From positions 180,608,001-180,672,000 of the forward strand of contig NC_086097.1 in assembly GCF_963921235.1 (NCBI RefSeq): DNA of 64,000 nucleotides, read 5' to 3'. The notes under the pieces were generated by a model that saw only the letters and a list, made by a program, of their open reading frames with translations, searched no databases and was not told where the DNA came from. The translations under genes and the position numbers were made by a program. This document shows, piece by piece, positions 1 to 12,168 of the stretch. Position 1 is the first letter of the stretch. Every line of letters begins with the position of its first letter. This DNA comes from Mobula hypostoma (Eukaryota).

Positions 1-1078
1 TTGCCCATGCTGTAGCCTCCCCCTCTCCACGCAGCTGATGAATCCAAACCAACAGCAGAGATCAATACAGTTTGGCACCAGTGGCGTTGCAGGAGTTGCC
101 AGTCACCATTAAAAGTTCAGAGTAAAATTTATTATCAGATTACATACATGTCACCATATATAACCCTAGGATTCTTTTTCCTGCAGGCATACTCAGAAAA
201 TCTACAGAACAGTAACCATAAACAGGATCAATGAACGAGCAAGAGCACAGAAGACATCAAAGGCAAATATAAACAAATAGCAATAAATAAGGAGTGCATG
301 AAATAAGGTAAGAGTTCTTAAAGTGAGACAATCGGTTGTGGGAATACCAGAAATAGAATGTGTGAAGTTATCCTCTTTTGTTCAACAGCCTGATGGTTGA
401 GGGGTAGTAACTGCTCTTGAACCTGGTGGTATGAGTCCTGAGGCACTTGTATTTTCTACCTGAGCATGGCCTAGGTGGTGAGGATCTTTGATGATGGATG
501 CTGCTTTTCTATGGTAATGTTCCATGTAGATGTGCTCAGTGGTTGGGAGGGTTTTACCCGTGATGTACTAGGCCGAATCCACTGCCTTTTGTAGGATATT
601 CTGCTCAAAGGCATTGGTGTTCCCATACCAGGCCATAATGCAGCCAGTCAGCACACTTTCCACCATACATCTATAGAAGTTTGTCAGGGTTTTTGATGAC
701 ATGCCAAATCTCCGCATACTCCTGAGGAAATAGAGGTGCTCTTGTTGTCAATGTTGGACTGCTTTAGGGATTCCAGCTCCAGACTCTTCCTTGGGATTTA
801 CACCCAAATCCTTCCCCATGAGTGGGTATAGCCACAAGGCAGCAAAGGTTTGAGATCAGCATTTTCCTTCTCCCTGGTTTTAAGTCGCCAGTAACCTGCC
901 TTTGTCCCTACTCCTGTCAGTAGGAATGGTTACGTTGGGCTTAATAGCTAAGCCACATGTGAAAGCCAGGAGCTGGGCTTGGCTGTCAGAGGGTATTTGA
1001 GATGCCTACCATTGGGAGCATTTAATGGGTAGTGGGAGCTTATCCCCAGTAACTCCTCTGCCTATGACAACCTTAAGG
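1..1078 (-). mobile_element. RTE-type SINE remnant (1-110, 745-1078) interrupted by a Rex1 3' fragment (~115-740)
   Basis: The middle segment matches other Rex1 3' ends in the window; the flanks resemble a non-coding RTE-related element (recognition only). Confidence 0.45.
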
Positions 1079-1084
1079 TCCTTC

Positions 1085-1375
1085 AATTAGAGACAAGTGA
1101 CACAGAAACAGGTCTTTCAGTCCACCAAGTCAGTGCCAATCACCAACCATCCAGTTACATTAATCCAATGTTTTATTCTCCCCACATTCATCCACACACA
1201 GGAGCATTTTACAGCCCACCGCCAACCCCACGTGCCTTTGGGAAGCCAGCGGACACTGGAACATCCGGGGGAAACCGACATGGTCACAGGGAGAACATGC
1301 GAACTCCACACAGATGGCACCAGAGGTTAGGTTCAAATCCAGGTCTCTAGAAGCATGAGTGCCAGCATTAGGCTT
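1085..1375 (-). mobile_element. tRNA-derived V-SINE (HE1-like), decayed
   Basis: Head (ccagagacctggatttgaacc on the minus strand) and V-core-like gagttcgcatgttctccctgtgacc; similar copies at ~39725-40030(+), 48345-48560(-) and 51590-51815(-). Confidence 0.6.
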
Positions 1376-1693
1376 TGCTTGATGGCAAACGTCATGCCAA
1401 GTCTCACTACGTTACAGTTGCTATACAAATGCAGAGTGTCAGTCTGCACACCTGCCCTGGAGCAGCAAAAAGCTCCTTCAGCCTGGCTCCCTGGACTGGG
1501 GTCATGCACCAGACTCTGCTTGAAGCTGGCCAGGGCAGTCATGAAATGGTACCATCACTCTCAACCCTCAAACCCTGGTGATCTCTGGATTCTCACTGGT
1601 GGTTGGTGGAAGCTGGGCCATTAGAAGTATTTAAAATGAAGATGGATAAATATTTGAAAGAATGCAGAATACAGGGGGATGGAGAAAAACATA

Positions 1694-2215
1694 CAGTGGC
1701 CACGTTATTACGTAACCTGCTTGCTAATGCAAATATCTAATCAGCCAATCATGTGGCAGCAACTCAATGCATAAAAGCATGCTGACATGGTCAAGAGGTT
1801 CAGTTGTTGTTCAGATCAAACATCAGAATGCGGAAGAAATGTGATCTAAGTGAGTTTGACCATGGAATGATTGTTGGTGCCAGACAGGATGGTTTGAGTA
1901 TCTCAGCAACTCCAAGGAATTTCACACACAACAGTCTTTAGAATTTACAGAGAGTGGAGCAAGAAACAAAAAAAAAATCCAGTGAGCAGCAGCACTGAGA
2001 GCAAAAACGCCTTGTTAATGAGAGAGGTCAGAGGAGAATGTCCAGACTGGTTCGAGCTGATAGGAAGGTGACAGAAACTCAAACAACCACTTGTTACATC
2101 AGTGGTGTACAGAAGAGCATCTCCGAACGCACAAAACATCAAACCTTGAAGTGGATGGGCTAGAAGGGAAGACCACACGGATTTCACTCCTGTAGCCACT
2201 CTATTAGGTACTGCA
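1694..2215 (+). mobile_element. Tc1/mariner internally deleted element (TIR plus decayed transposase N-terminus)
   Basis: TA-CAGTGGCCAC..TTATTA terminus; decayed M.KKCDLSEFDHGMIVGARQDGLSIS...RGQRRMSRLVRADRK HTH region. Confidence 0.75.
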
Positions 2216-2576
2216 CACTCCTGTACCACAGAAGAGGAGATGAGACCACTGTAGAACAACCAGTGATCACAGTGCCCCCCCCCCATTCACCATTCTCCAT
2301 TCCCTCTCTCATCTTATCTCCTTACCTGCCCAGCACCTCCCTCTGGTACTCCTATCCCTTTTATCTTCCATGGCCTTCTGTCCTCTCCTATCAGATTCCC
2401 TCTTTCCCAGCTCTGTATCGCTTTCACCAATCAACTTCCCAGCTCTTTACTCCACCCCTCCCCACTCTGTTTCACCTATCATATTGTGTTTCTTCTCCTA
2501 CCCCCCCACCTTCTCACTCTGACTCTTCCTCTTTTTTCCTCCAGTCCTGATGAAGGAGCTCGACCCAAAACATTGA

Positions 2577-4215
2577 ACATAGATCATAGAATAGTACAGC
2601 ACAGTACAGGCCCTTCGGCCCACAATGTTGTGCCGACCCTCAAACCCTGCCTCCCATATAAGCCCCCACCTTAGATTCTTCCATATACCTGTCTAGTAGT
2701 CTCTTAAACTTCACTAGTGTATCTGCCTCCACCACTGACTCAGGCAGTGCATTCCTCGCACCAACCACTCTCTGAGTAAAAAACCTTCCTCAAATATCCC
2801 CCTTGAACTTCCCACCCCTTACCTTAAAGCCATGTCCTCTTGTATTGAGCAGTGGTGCCCTGGGAAAGAGGCGCTGGCTATCCACTCTATATATTCCTCT
2901 TATTATCTTGTACACCTCTATCATGTCTCCTCTCATCCTCCTTCTCTCCAAAGAGTAAAGCCCTAGCTCCCTTAATCTCTGATCATAATCCATACTCTCT
3001 AAACCAGGCAGCATCCTGGTAAATATCCTTTGTACCCTTTCCAATGCTTCCACATCCTTCCTATAGTGAGGCGACCAGAACTGGACACAGTACTCCAAGT
3101 GTGGCCTAACCAGAGTTTTATAGAGCTGCATCATTACATCATGACTCTTAAACTCTATCCCTCAACTTATGAAAGCTAACACCCTATAAGCTTTCTTAAC
3201 TACCCTATCCACCTGTGAGGCAACTTTCAGGGATCTGTGGACATGTACCCCCAGATCCCTCTGCTCCTCCACACTACCAAGAATCCTGCCATTTACTTTG
3301 TACTCTGCCTTGGAGTTTGTCCTTCCAAACTGCACCACCTCACACTTCTCCAGGTTGAACTCCATCTGCCACTTCTCAGCCCACTTCTGCATCCTATCAA
3401 TGTCTTTCTGCAATCTTTGACAATCCTCTACACTATCTACAACACCACCAACCTTTGTGTCGTTTGCAAACTTGCCAACCCACCCTTCTACCTCCACATC
3501 CAGGTCATTAATAAAAATCACGAAAAGTAGAGGTCCCAGAACAGATCCTTGTGGGACACCACTAGTCACAATCCTCCAATCTGAATGTACTCCCTCCACC
3601 ACCACCCACTGCCTTCTTCAGGCAAGCCAATTCTGAATCCACCTGGCCAAACTCCCCTGGATCCCATGCCTTCTAACTTTCTGAATAAGCCTACCATGTG
3701 GAACCTTGTCAAATGTCTTACTAAAATCCATATAGATCACATCCACTGCACTACCCTCATCTATATGCCTGGTCACCTCCTCAAAGAACTCTATCAGGCT
3801 TGTTAGATATGATCTGCCCTTCACAAAGCCATGCTGACTGTCCCTGATCAGACCATGATTCTCTAAATGCCTATAGATTCTATCTCTAAGAATCTTTTCC
3901 AATAGCTTTCCCACCACAGACGTAAGGCTCACTGGTCTATAATTACCTGGACTATCCCTACTACCTTTTTTGAACAAGGGGACAACATTTGCCTCCCTCC
4001 AATCCTCCAGTGCCATTCCCGTGGACAACGAGGACATAAAGATCCTAGCCAGAGGCTCAGCAATCTCTTCTCTCGCCTCGTGGAGCAGCCTGGGGAATAT
4101 TCCGTCAGGCCCCGGGGACTTACCTGTCCTAATGTATTTTAACAACTCCAACACCTCCTCTCCCTTAATATCAACATGCTCCAGAACGTCAACCTCACTC
4201 ATATTGTCCTCACCA
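2577..4215 (-). mobile_element. CR1-clade LINE, 5'-truncated, fairly young
   Basis: KSPGPDGI..NYRPVSLTSVVGK..QHGF..DFSKTFDKVPH..GVPQGSVLGP..FANDTK..RPHLEYCVQFWSP in three frameshifted ORFs; short-repeat tail at ~2577. Confidence 0.93.
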
Positions 4216-4359
4216 TCATCAAGTTCCCACTAGGTAGCCACTACTGTTTCCCTGGGCACAGAATCCACAGATTAATTACTCTCTGGAAAAAGCATTTTCT
4301 ACTCATTTCTGTCCTAAATCTACTCCCCTGATGCTATGCCCTATAGTTCTAGTCTCAAT

Positions 4360-7144
4360 TACACTCTGTGGCCACTTTATTAGGTACAGGGGTGTACCTA
4401 ATAAAGTGGCCACAGGAGTGGTCTTCCGCTGCTCCAGTAGCTATCACTTCAAGGTTTGACATGCTGTGTGTTCAAAGATGCTCTTCTGCACACCACTGTT
4501 ATAACACGTGGTTACTGGAGTTCCTGTCACCTTACTGTAAGCTTGAACCAGTCTGGCCATTTTTCTCTGAGCTCTTTCATTTTGTTTTCGCCCACAGAAC
4601 TGCTGCTCACTGTATGTTCTTAGTTTCTCACACCATTCTCTGTAAACTCTAGAGAATGTTGAGCATAAAAATTCCAGAAATCAGCAGTTTCTGAGACACT
4701 CAAACCGTCCTGTCTGGCACCAACAATCATTCCATGGTCAAAGTCACTTAGTTCAAAAATAAATTTATTATCAAGGTTTATAATGTCGCTGTATACAACC
4801 CTGAGATTCATTCTCCTGCAGGCATTTACGGTAAACACAAAGAAACAAAATACTAATAATAAATAAGTAAGCAATAAATATTGAGAACATGAGAAGAAGA
4901 GTCTTTGAAAGTGAGTCCATAGGTTGTGGGAACAGTTTGGTGTTGGGATGAGTGAAGTTATCTCCTCTGGTTCAAGAGCCTGATGGTTGAGAGGTAACAA
5001 CTGTTCCTGAGCCGGGTAGTGTGACCCTGAGGCTTCTGTAGCTCCTTCCTGATGGCAGCAGTGAGAAGAGAGTATGATCTGGGTGGTGGGGATCCCATAT
5101 GATGGATGCTGCTTTCCTGTGACAGCACTACATGTTGATGTACTCAGTGGTAGGGAGGCTTTCCTGTGATGGACTGGGCTGTATTCACTACTTTTTATAG
5201 GGTTTTCTGTTCAAGGGCATTTATATCTCCATACCGGGCCACGATGCAACTAGTCAATGTACTCTCCACCACACATCTATAGAAGTTTATCAGAGCTTTC
5301 GATGACATGCCAAATCTTTGCAAATTTCTAAGAAAGTAGAGGGGCTATCGTACTTTCATCGTAATCACCCAGGACAGATCCTCTGAAATGATAACACCAA
5401 GGAATTCAAAGTTGCTGACCCTCTCCACCTCTGATTAGAACCGGCCATAGACCTCTAGTTTCTTCCTCCTGTAGTCAATAATCAGCTCCTTGGTCTTGCT
5501 GATACTGACTGAGGTGCTGCTTTTGTGACATTACGCAGCCAGATTTTCAAACTCCCTCTTATACGCCAATCCATCACCACCTTTGATACAGCCCACAACA
5601 ATGGTGTCATCAGCAGACTTAAACATGACTTTGAAGCTGTGTTTGGCCTCACAGTCATAAGTATAAAGTGAGTAAACCAAGGGGATAAACACACAGCCCG
5701 TGGTGCACCTGTGTTGATGGTGACTGTGGAGGAGACGTTGTTGCCAATCCAAACCGACTGGCATCTGAAAAGGAGGAAATTGAGGAGGTGGTTGCACAAG
5801 TTATTGAGGTCTAGGGCTTGGAGCTTACTGGTTAGTTTTGAGGGGATGATGGTATTGAATGCCGAGCTATAGTCAATGAAGAGCATCCTGATGTATGCAT
5901 CTTCAATGTCCAGATACTCCAGGGTTGAGTAAGAGCCAATGAAATGGCACCTGCTGTTGACCGGTTGTGACGGTAGGCAAACTGGAGCAGATTCAAGTCG
6001 CTCTTCAGGCAGGAGTTGATATGTTTCATCACCAACCTCTCAATGCACTTCATCACAATGGCTGTAAGTGCAACTAGACGATAGTTGTTGAAGCAGGTTA
6101 CCACATTAACCTTAGGCACTGGTATAATTGAAGCAGGTGGGTACCTCAGACTGCCAAAGCGAGAGGTTAAAGATATCAATGAACACTCCGGCCGGTTGAT
6201 CAGCACAGCCTCCGTGTTTTGGCAGTCAAAATAAGTATAAAAGACACAAAGGTCATTTGGGATCAAAACCTTGTTGTTATCTTTGTCACTTGGATTCATT
6301 TTGCAGGAGGCAATAGAATTCAATCCCTGCCACAGCTGTCGAGCATCCTTCAGTGATTCAAGTTTGGTCCAGAATTGCAAGTTCACATGTGAGATGGCTT
6401 TCCAGAAGCCATACCTGGACCTCTTGTATTTTATTGGTTGCCGCACCTGAATGCCACTGATCTGGTCCTCAGCAGATTACCGACCTCTTGGCTCATCCAG
6501 AGCTTCTAGTTGAGGAAGACTGAATGATTTTGTGGGGACAAACTCATCTATGACTGTTTTTATAAAGTCTTTGACAACCGTGACATTCAGATCCTCTGGT
6601 GAGTACTGAAACATGGTCCAGTTCACCGACTTGAAGAAATCTCGTGGTCACTCTACCTCCCACAATCACCTCTGATGCCTTTATCTCTGGAGTCTTCCTG
6701 TTTAGCCTCTGCCTGTCTGCTGGTAGGAAGATGATTGCCAGATGATCAGATTTCCCAAAATGCGATCTAGGGATAGATGGTAGGCATTCCTAATCATAGC
6801 ATAGCGGAAGTCGAGTGTATTGGGCCACCTGGTGCTGCAGGTGATATGTTGATGATAAATGGGCAGGGATTTCTTCAAATAAGCCTGAATGAAGTCCCCA
6901 ACAATGATTTGAATGGTGTCAAGGTAGGCTATTTCTTGTTTGCTAATCACTACACTAAATACCTCGAATGCTTACTTAACATCAGCTACATTTTTCCCTA
7001 TTCTGATGTTTAGTTTGAACAACTGAACCACTCGACGATGTCTGCATACTTTTATGTTTTGAGATGCTGCCATGATCGGCTGATTAGATATTGGCATTAA
7101 TGAACAGGTGTACGGGTGTACCTAATAAGGTGGCCACTGAATGT
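4360..7144 (-). mobile_element. Tc1/mariner element split by a Rex1 insertion (parts 4360-4750 and ~6960-7144)
   Basis: TIRs GTGGCCACTTTATTAGGTACA (4368) and TGTACCTAATAAGGTGGCCAC (7117); LSDFDHGMIVGARQDGLSVSETAD in ORF 4620-5000. Confidence 0.75.
4751..6950 (-). mobile_element. Rex1/Babar-clade LINE, decayed
   Basis: RT motifs LQFAYRHNRSTAGAISLAL, MLFIDYSSAFNTIIPSKL, INTGAP, ADDT spread across frameshifted ORFs. Confidence 0.85.
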
Positions 7145-7227
7145 GTATTGGCCAGAAGCTCAATGGCTCCCCCTGCTGTATGTTGGTGGTTCTGTCAGCT
7201 CCTCAAACCGGATCAGGGTTAAACCTG

Positions 7228-8070
7228 ATCAGCGGAACAAGTGCTACACCTGCCCTTACACTTCCTCCCTCACCACCATTCAGGGCCCCAGACAGTCCTT
7301 CCAGGTGAGGCAACACTTCACCTGTGAGTCGGCTGGTGTGATATACTGCATCCAGTGCTCCCGGTGCGGCCTTCTATATATTGGTGAGACACCACGCAGA
7401 CTGGGAGACTGTTCTGCTGAACACCTACGCTCTGTCCACCACAGAAAGCAGGATATCCCAGTGGCCAAATATTTTAATCCCATGTCCCACTCTCATTCTG
7501 ATATGTCAATCCATCGCCTCCTCTACTGTCAAGATGAAGCCACACTCAGGTTGGAGGAACAACACCTTATATTTCGTCTGGGTAGCCTCCAACCTGATGG
7601 CATGAATATTGATTTCTCTAACTTGCATTAATGCCCCTCCTCCCCTTCTTACCCCATATTCCTTATTTATTTATTTATGATCCCTCCCCTTTTTTTTCTC
7701 TCCCTGTCCCTCTCACAATCACTCCTTGCCTGCTGTCCATCTTCCACTGGGCTCCCCTCCCACTTCCCTTCTCCCTAGGCCTCTCGTCCCATGATCCTCT
7801 CCCTTTTCCAGCCTTGTATCCCTTTTGCCAATCAACTGTCCAGCTCTTGGCTCCATCCCTCCCCCTCCTGTCTTCTCCTATCATTTCGGCTCTCCCCCTC
7901 CCACTTCCAAATCTCTTACTATCTCTTCTTTCAGTTAGTCCTGATGAAGGGTCTCGGCCCGAAACGTCGACTGTACTCCTTCCTATAGATGCTGCCTGGC
8001 CTGCTGCGTTCACTAGCATTTTGTGTGTGTTGCTTGAATTTCCAGCATGTGCAGATTTTCTTGTGTTTGC
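7228..8070 (+). mobile_element. Penelope-like (Neptune-type) retroelement, 5'-truncated: GIY-YIG endonuclease plus 3' terminal repeat
   Basis: CYTC..FTCES..VIYCIQCSRCGLLYIGET..R...EH...HF-like...EQHLIFRLGSLQPDGMN. Near-perfect TSD AGGGTTAAA(C/A)CTG at 7215-7227 and 8071-8083. Confidence 0.88.
7937..7972 (+). ncRNA. Minimal type I hammerhead ribozyme motif of a Penelope terminal repeat
   Basis: AGTC-CTGATGA-A-GGGT(CTCG)GCCC-GAAAC-GTC-GACT: stem I AGTC/GACT, core boxes, stem II, palindromic ACGT in place of stem III. Confidence 0.7.
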
Positions 8071-10814
8071 AGGGTTAAAACTGCAGTTTGATCTGACAAG
8101 TTCTATAGCACTGTTCTAAGGGAGAGATTGAGGGGTGACCCCTTATAGAAGCATTCAGTCTGGATCTATCACAGCTTGATACAGCAACTGCTCTGCACAT
8201 GACCGCAAGAAACATCGGCACATCACAGGAACCAGCCTCTCCATCCACGAACTGTCTATACTCTTGCTGCCTCAGTAAAGCAGCCAGAATAATCAAAGAC
8301 CCCTCTCACCTCGGACATTTTCTTTTCTCCCCTCTCCCATCAGGCAGAAGATACAGGTGCCTGAAAGCACTTACCAACACACTCGAGGACAGCTTCTCGT
8401 TCACTTCCAGTCAAGATTCCTCGGGCGACAACTTTCAGATTGCAAATCAAACTAATTATTACATTTTTTCTATGCCTCCTGCTTGTTCTTTTTGTCTTGC
8501 TTGTGTATGGAAACTGTGACATACAGTTTGGAACTGTTTGGAACTGTGTGACATACAGTTTGGAACTTGATCGAAGGATCCAGAGCTGTGCCGTGACCAG
8601 AGATCTGCTTCATAGAGACCAGAGAAGGCACTGAAAAGGTCCGAGAGCACGAGCTGACTTGTGGAAAAGACCTGGGACGAGGAGTGGAGTCATGAACAAC
8701 TCCATCTCAAAGTGGCGAGGAAGATTGAAGCCTCGAGGTGATTGCAGGGGGTGGGGGGGGTGTTGGCGATGGCTCCCAAGAGACTATCAGCAGCCGTATC
8801 TGCATGTTCAGCCCTGGGGGTCAGCAGTCACTCTTTACAGAAGGACTGAGTTAATGCGGCTGCTCCCCTCTTATGCAGGTGAAAAGACGTTTCCCACATT
8901 CTGAGATTTATATGATTATTGAACGGTACTTTATATTGGTTTCCTTCAGTTTTTCAGTGTTTTCTTTCTTGTGGATAATTGGCCGGTGGGAGCCGGGGAT
9001 TGCTATGGGTAGGGGTCGGTGATTGTTATTGTGCTTTTTTTTATGCTGTCGGCGAGGGGGAGGATTTTGGGGTCTGTGAGTTCTGTTTCTTTTTGTGCCA
9101 GTTGGGCGGGGGAGTTGATGTCTTTTTTTTCAACACCCATGATCTTTCTGTATTTCATGGCTATCGGGAGTAGACAAATATCAGAGTTGTATTGTACATG
9201 CATACTTTGACAATAAAGTGAACCGTTAAACTGTTATCAGACGCTTGAACAGACGTTCCCGTTCCCCTGAACAGACCTCCTGATAGGATAAGACAGACCC
9301 TTTGCCTCACAATCAGCTTTGTTATGATTTTACACTTTTATCATTTACCTGCATAGCACTGTTGATAGTTCTTACAATTTATTCAGCACTGTTCTTGTTT
9401 TAACTCAATGCACTGTGTAATGATTTAATCTGTATAAAGAGTATGCAAGACAAGCTTTTCAGTGAATCTTGGTACATGTGACAATAATGAACCAATACTA
9501 ATACACAAGATCATCAGGAGCACAGACAAGGTGAAGGCACAGTCTTTTCTCAAGGAAGAGGAGCTAAAAACAGGAGGGCATAGGTTTAAGATCAGAAGTG
9601 GAAGATTTAAAAGAGGCATTAGGGGCAGCTTCTTCATGCAAATTGTGCTGCGTATTTGGAATGAGCTACCAGAAAGAGCAGTGGAGGCGGCATATTAGCA
9701 ATGTTTAAACGCCATCTAGATAAGTAACATGGGTAGGAACGGTTTAGAGGGCTCTGGGCCAAAATATGGGCAGAGGGGACTAGCTCACTGGATCAGTTTG
9801 GCCACACGACCTGCTTCCGTGCTGTATGACTCTGACTCTAAGATTTCTCTCCCCTCTCCAGGTCAAAATATATCTACTAACCAGCCTCACTCAAACAGCT
9901 TATCCTGACACCTTGCTCTACACAGTTAGAACTGATGAGTTTCCAACAGTGCAATAGTGATTACATAGAACAGTACAGTATAGCACAGGATCAGGCCCTG
10001 CAGCCCACCATGTAGGTACCAACCATGTCAGACAAAACTCATCCCACCTGCCCACACAAGGTCCACATCCATCCATTCCTGCTTATTTATGTCTCTATAT
10101 AAAAGCTTCTTAAACTCATACTTAACTGATGAGCACGATGCCTTTTACATATGTTTTTAAAGGTACATGCCTATGCAAATATCTACAGCATCTGGCAACC
10201 GTGTGATCACTCCTGAAGACTGACATAACAACATCCTTCAAGTAGGTGACCTCTTGCAAGATTTCATTCCCTGATAGTGTACCTGGCAGGCTACTGTAAA
10301 CCGGCTCGAGTGTTCAAGGACACCTTCAACTCTCCCTGTTGCAGGAGGAGTTTTCCACCTGTTTCAACAGGGCATCAATCATATCGGTGCTCGAGAAGAG
10401 CAGGTCAGCTGCCGCAGTGACAATCGCCCGGTAGCACTCACATCTACTGGGATGGACTTTAAGCGGTTGGTCATGACTAAAATTAGTTACTGCCTGAGCA
10501 AGGTCTTGGACCTGCTGCAATTTGTTTACTGCCATAACAAGTCTACAGTGGATGCAATCTCTCTGGCTCTCGACTTGGCTTTGGAGCACCAGAAGAACAA
10601 CAGTACATATGTCAGGCTGAAGTTTATCGATTACATCTAGGTTTTCAACACCATCGTCCCCTCAGTACTAATCAATAAGCTTCAAAACCTGGACCTATGT
10701 ACCTCCCTCTGCAACTGGATCCTTGACGTTCTCATCAGTAGACCACAGTCAGTACAGATCAGTGATAACAACTCCTCACTGATAATCAACAGAGGTGTAC
10801 CTCAAGGAGTGTAT

Positions 10815-10999
10815 GGGGTGTCAGGGAGGGGTAGCACCTCTGGTGGGGGAACATGTTGCGCCCTTTTCAGGGCAGTTAGTCCACCTTTGGTCCCCACCTG
10901 GCACTCAGCTCTCACCTGTGGCTCCCCGTAGCTGTTTGCATGCGACAGCGGCCACACCCCGGGCAATGGCTTCGACAAGCTGGCTAAACCAGGTGAGGG
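10815..10999 (+). ncRNA. HDV-like self-cleaving ribozyme (predicted), copy 1
   Basis: P1 GGGGTGT(10815-21)/ACACCCC(10954-60); P2 CTCACCTG/CAGGTGAG; P3 GGC/GCC; L3 TCCCCG; GG-GCAA; P4 GGCTT/AAGCT; J4/2 GCTAA (catalytic C at 10984). Confidence 0.7.
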
Positions 11000-11365
11000 T
11001 AGCCGACGAGTCTCAAACCCTCGGTGAGATAGGGAGTTGTCTAACCCAACATGTGAAGACAGACTCCGGCAGATTGAGCGGACGAGACCAATGGAAGGTC
11101 CAACGGTCAAGAAGGTGGTCTCTGCAAGCGTCGTGGAACATGTCGAGCAGGACAAGACACAGAAGACGTCCTGGTCATCCACTGCGCCTAGTCCCATCTC
11201 CAGCCATCTAGACGCTGTCTTGCCACTGGATCCAGATGGGAATTGGGAAGAGAGAGTGAGGCTGACGCTGCGCAACTCTCCCTCACTTAAATCCAAATCA
11301 CGCGCTAGTCTCGACACCATCATAATGGTGTCGAGGTCCTCATCGACATCAACGATGGACGAACA
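10815..11365 (+). mobile_element. Non-autonomous RTE-related SINE-like element with 5' HDV-like ribozyme
   Basis: Interrupts a Rex1 RT at a duplicated target (ACCTCAAGGA at 10799 and 11366). No ORF. Its 3' end CATCG...GATGGAC resembles the RTE tail near 61194-61211. Confidence 0.65.
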
Positions 11366-12168
11366 ACCTCAAGGATATGTGCTTAGCCCACTACTCTACT
11401 TTTTTTACACTCATGACTGTTAAGCACAGCTCAAACACCAACTATAAATTCTCCAATGACACCACTGTTGTGGGCAGAATGTCAGATGGCACCAAGGAGG
11501 AATACAGGAGTGTAACTGATTGGCTCGATGAGTGGTGTTGCAACAACCCACTCTCAACTCAGCAAGATCAAGGAATTGATTGTGGACTTCCAGAATGGAA
11601 GTCGGGATAACACACAGCAGTCCGAGGGTTGGGGTGGAAAGGGTGAGCAGCTTCAAATTCCTGGACATCAACATCTCAGAGGATCTCTCCTTGGCCCAAT
11701 ATATTGATGCAATCGTGAAGAAGGTACTCCAGCACCTTTACTTCGTTAGGAGGTTGAGATTTGGTATGTCACCAAATTAATACAGATACACAGTGGAGAG
11801 CATTCTGAATGGCGGCATCACCACCTGGAGGCTCTGATGCATAGGGTCACAAGAGGCTGCAGAGCGTTGGAGACACATCCAACTCCATCACGGACACAGC
11901 TTTCCCCATCATCGAGGGAAGGCATCTTCATGAGGCAGTGCCTGAAAAAAGGCAGCATCTGTCACTCAGGACTCTCACCATCTGGGACATGCTTTCTTCT
12001 CATTACTACCATAAGGAAGGAGGTACAGGAGCCTGAAGACCCACACTCAACATTTTAAGAACAGCTTATTCCCCTGCACCATCAGATATCTGAATGGGCC
12101 ATAAACCCAAGAACACTACCTCGTTATTCATGTTTTGCAGTATTTTTTGTAACTTATAGTAACTTGGG

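Noticed and set aside
900..1078. A third HDV-like fold at the 5' end of the minus-strand RTE-type SINE
   Set aside because: P2/P3-like pairings (CTCCTG/CAGGAG) are visible, but I could not assign P1 or J4/2 in this decayed copy.
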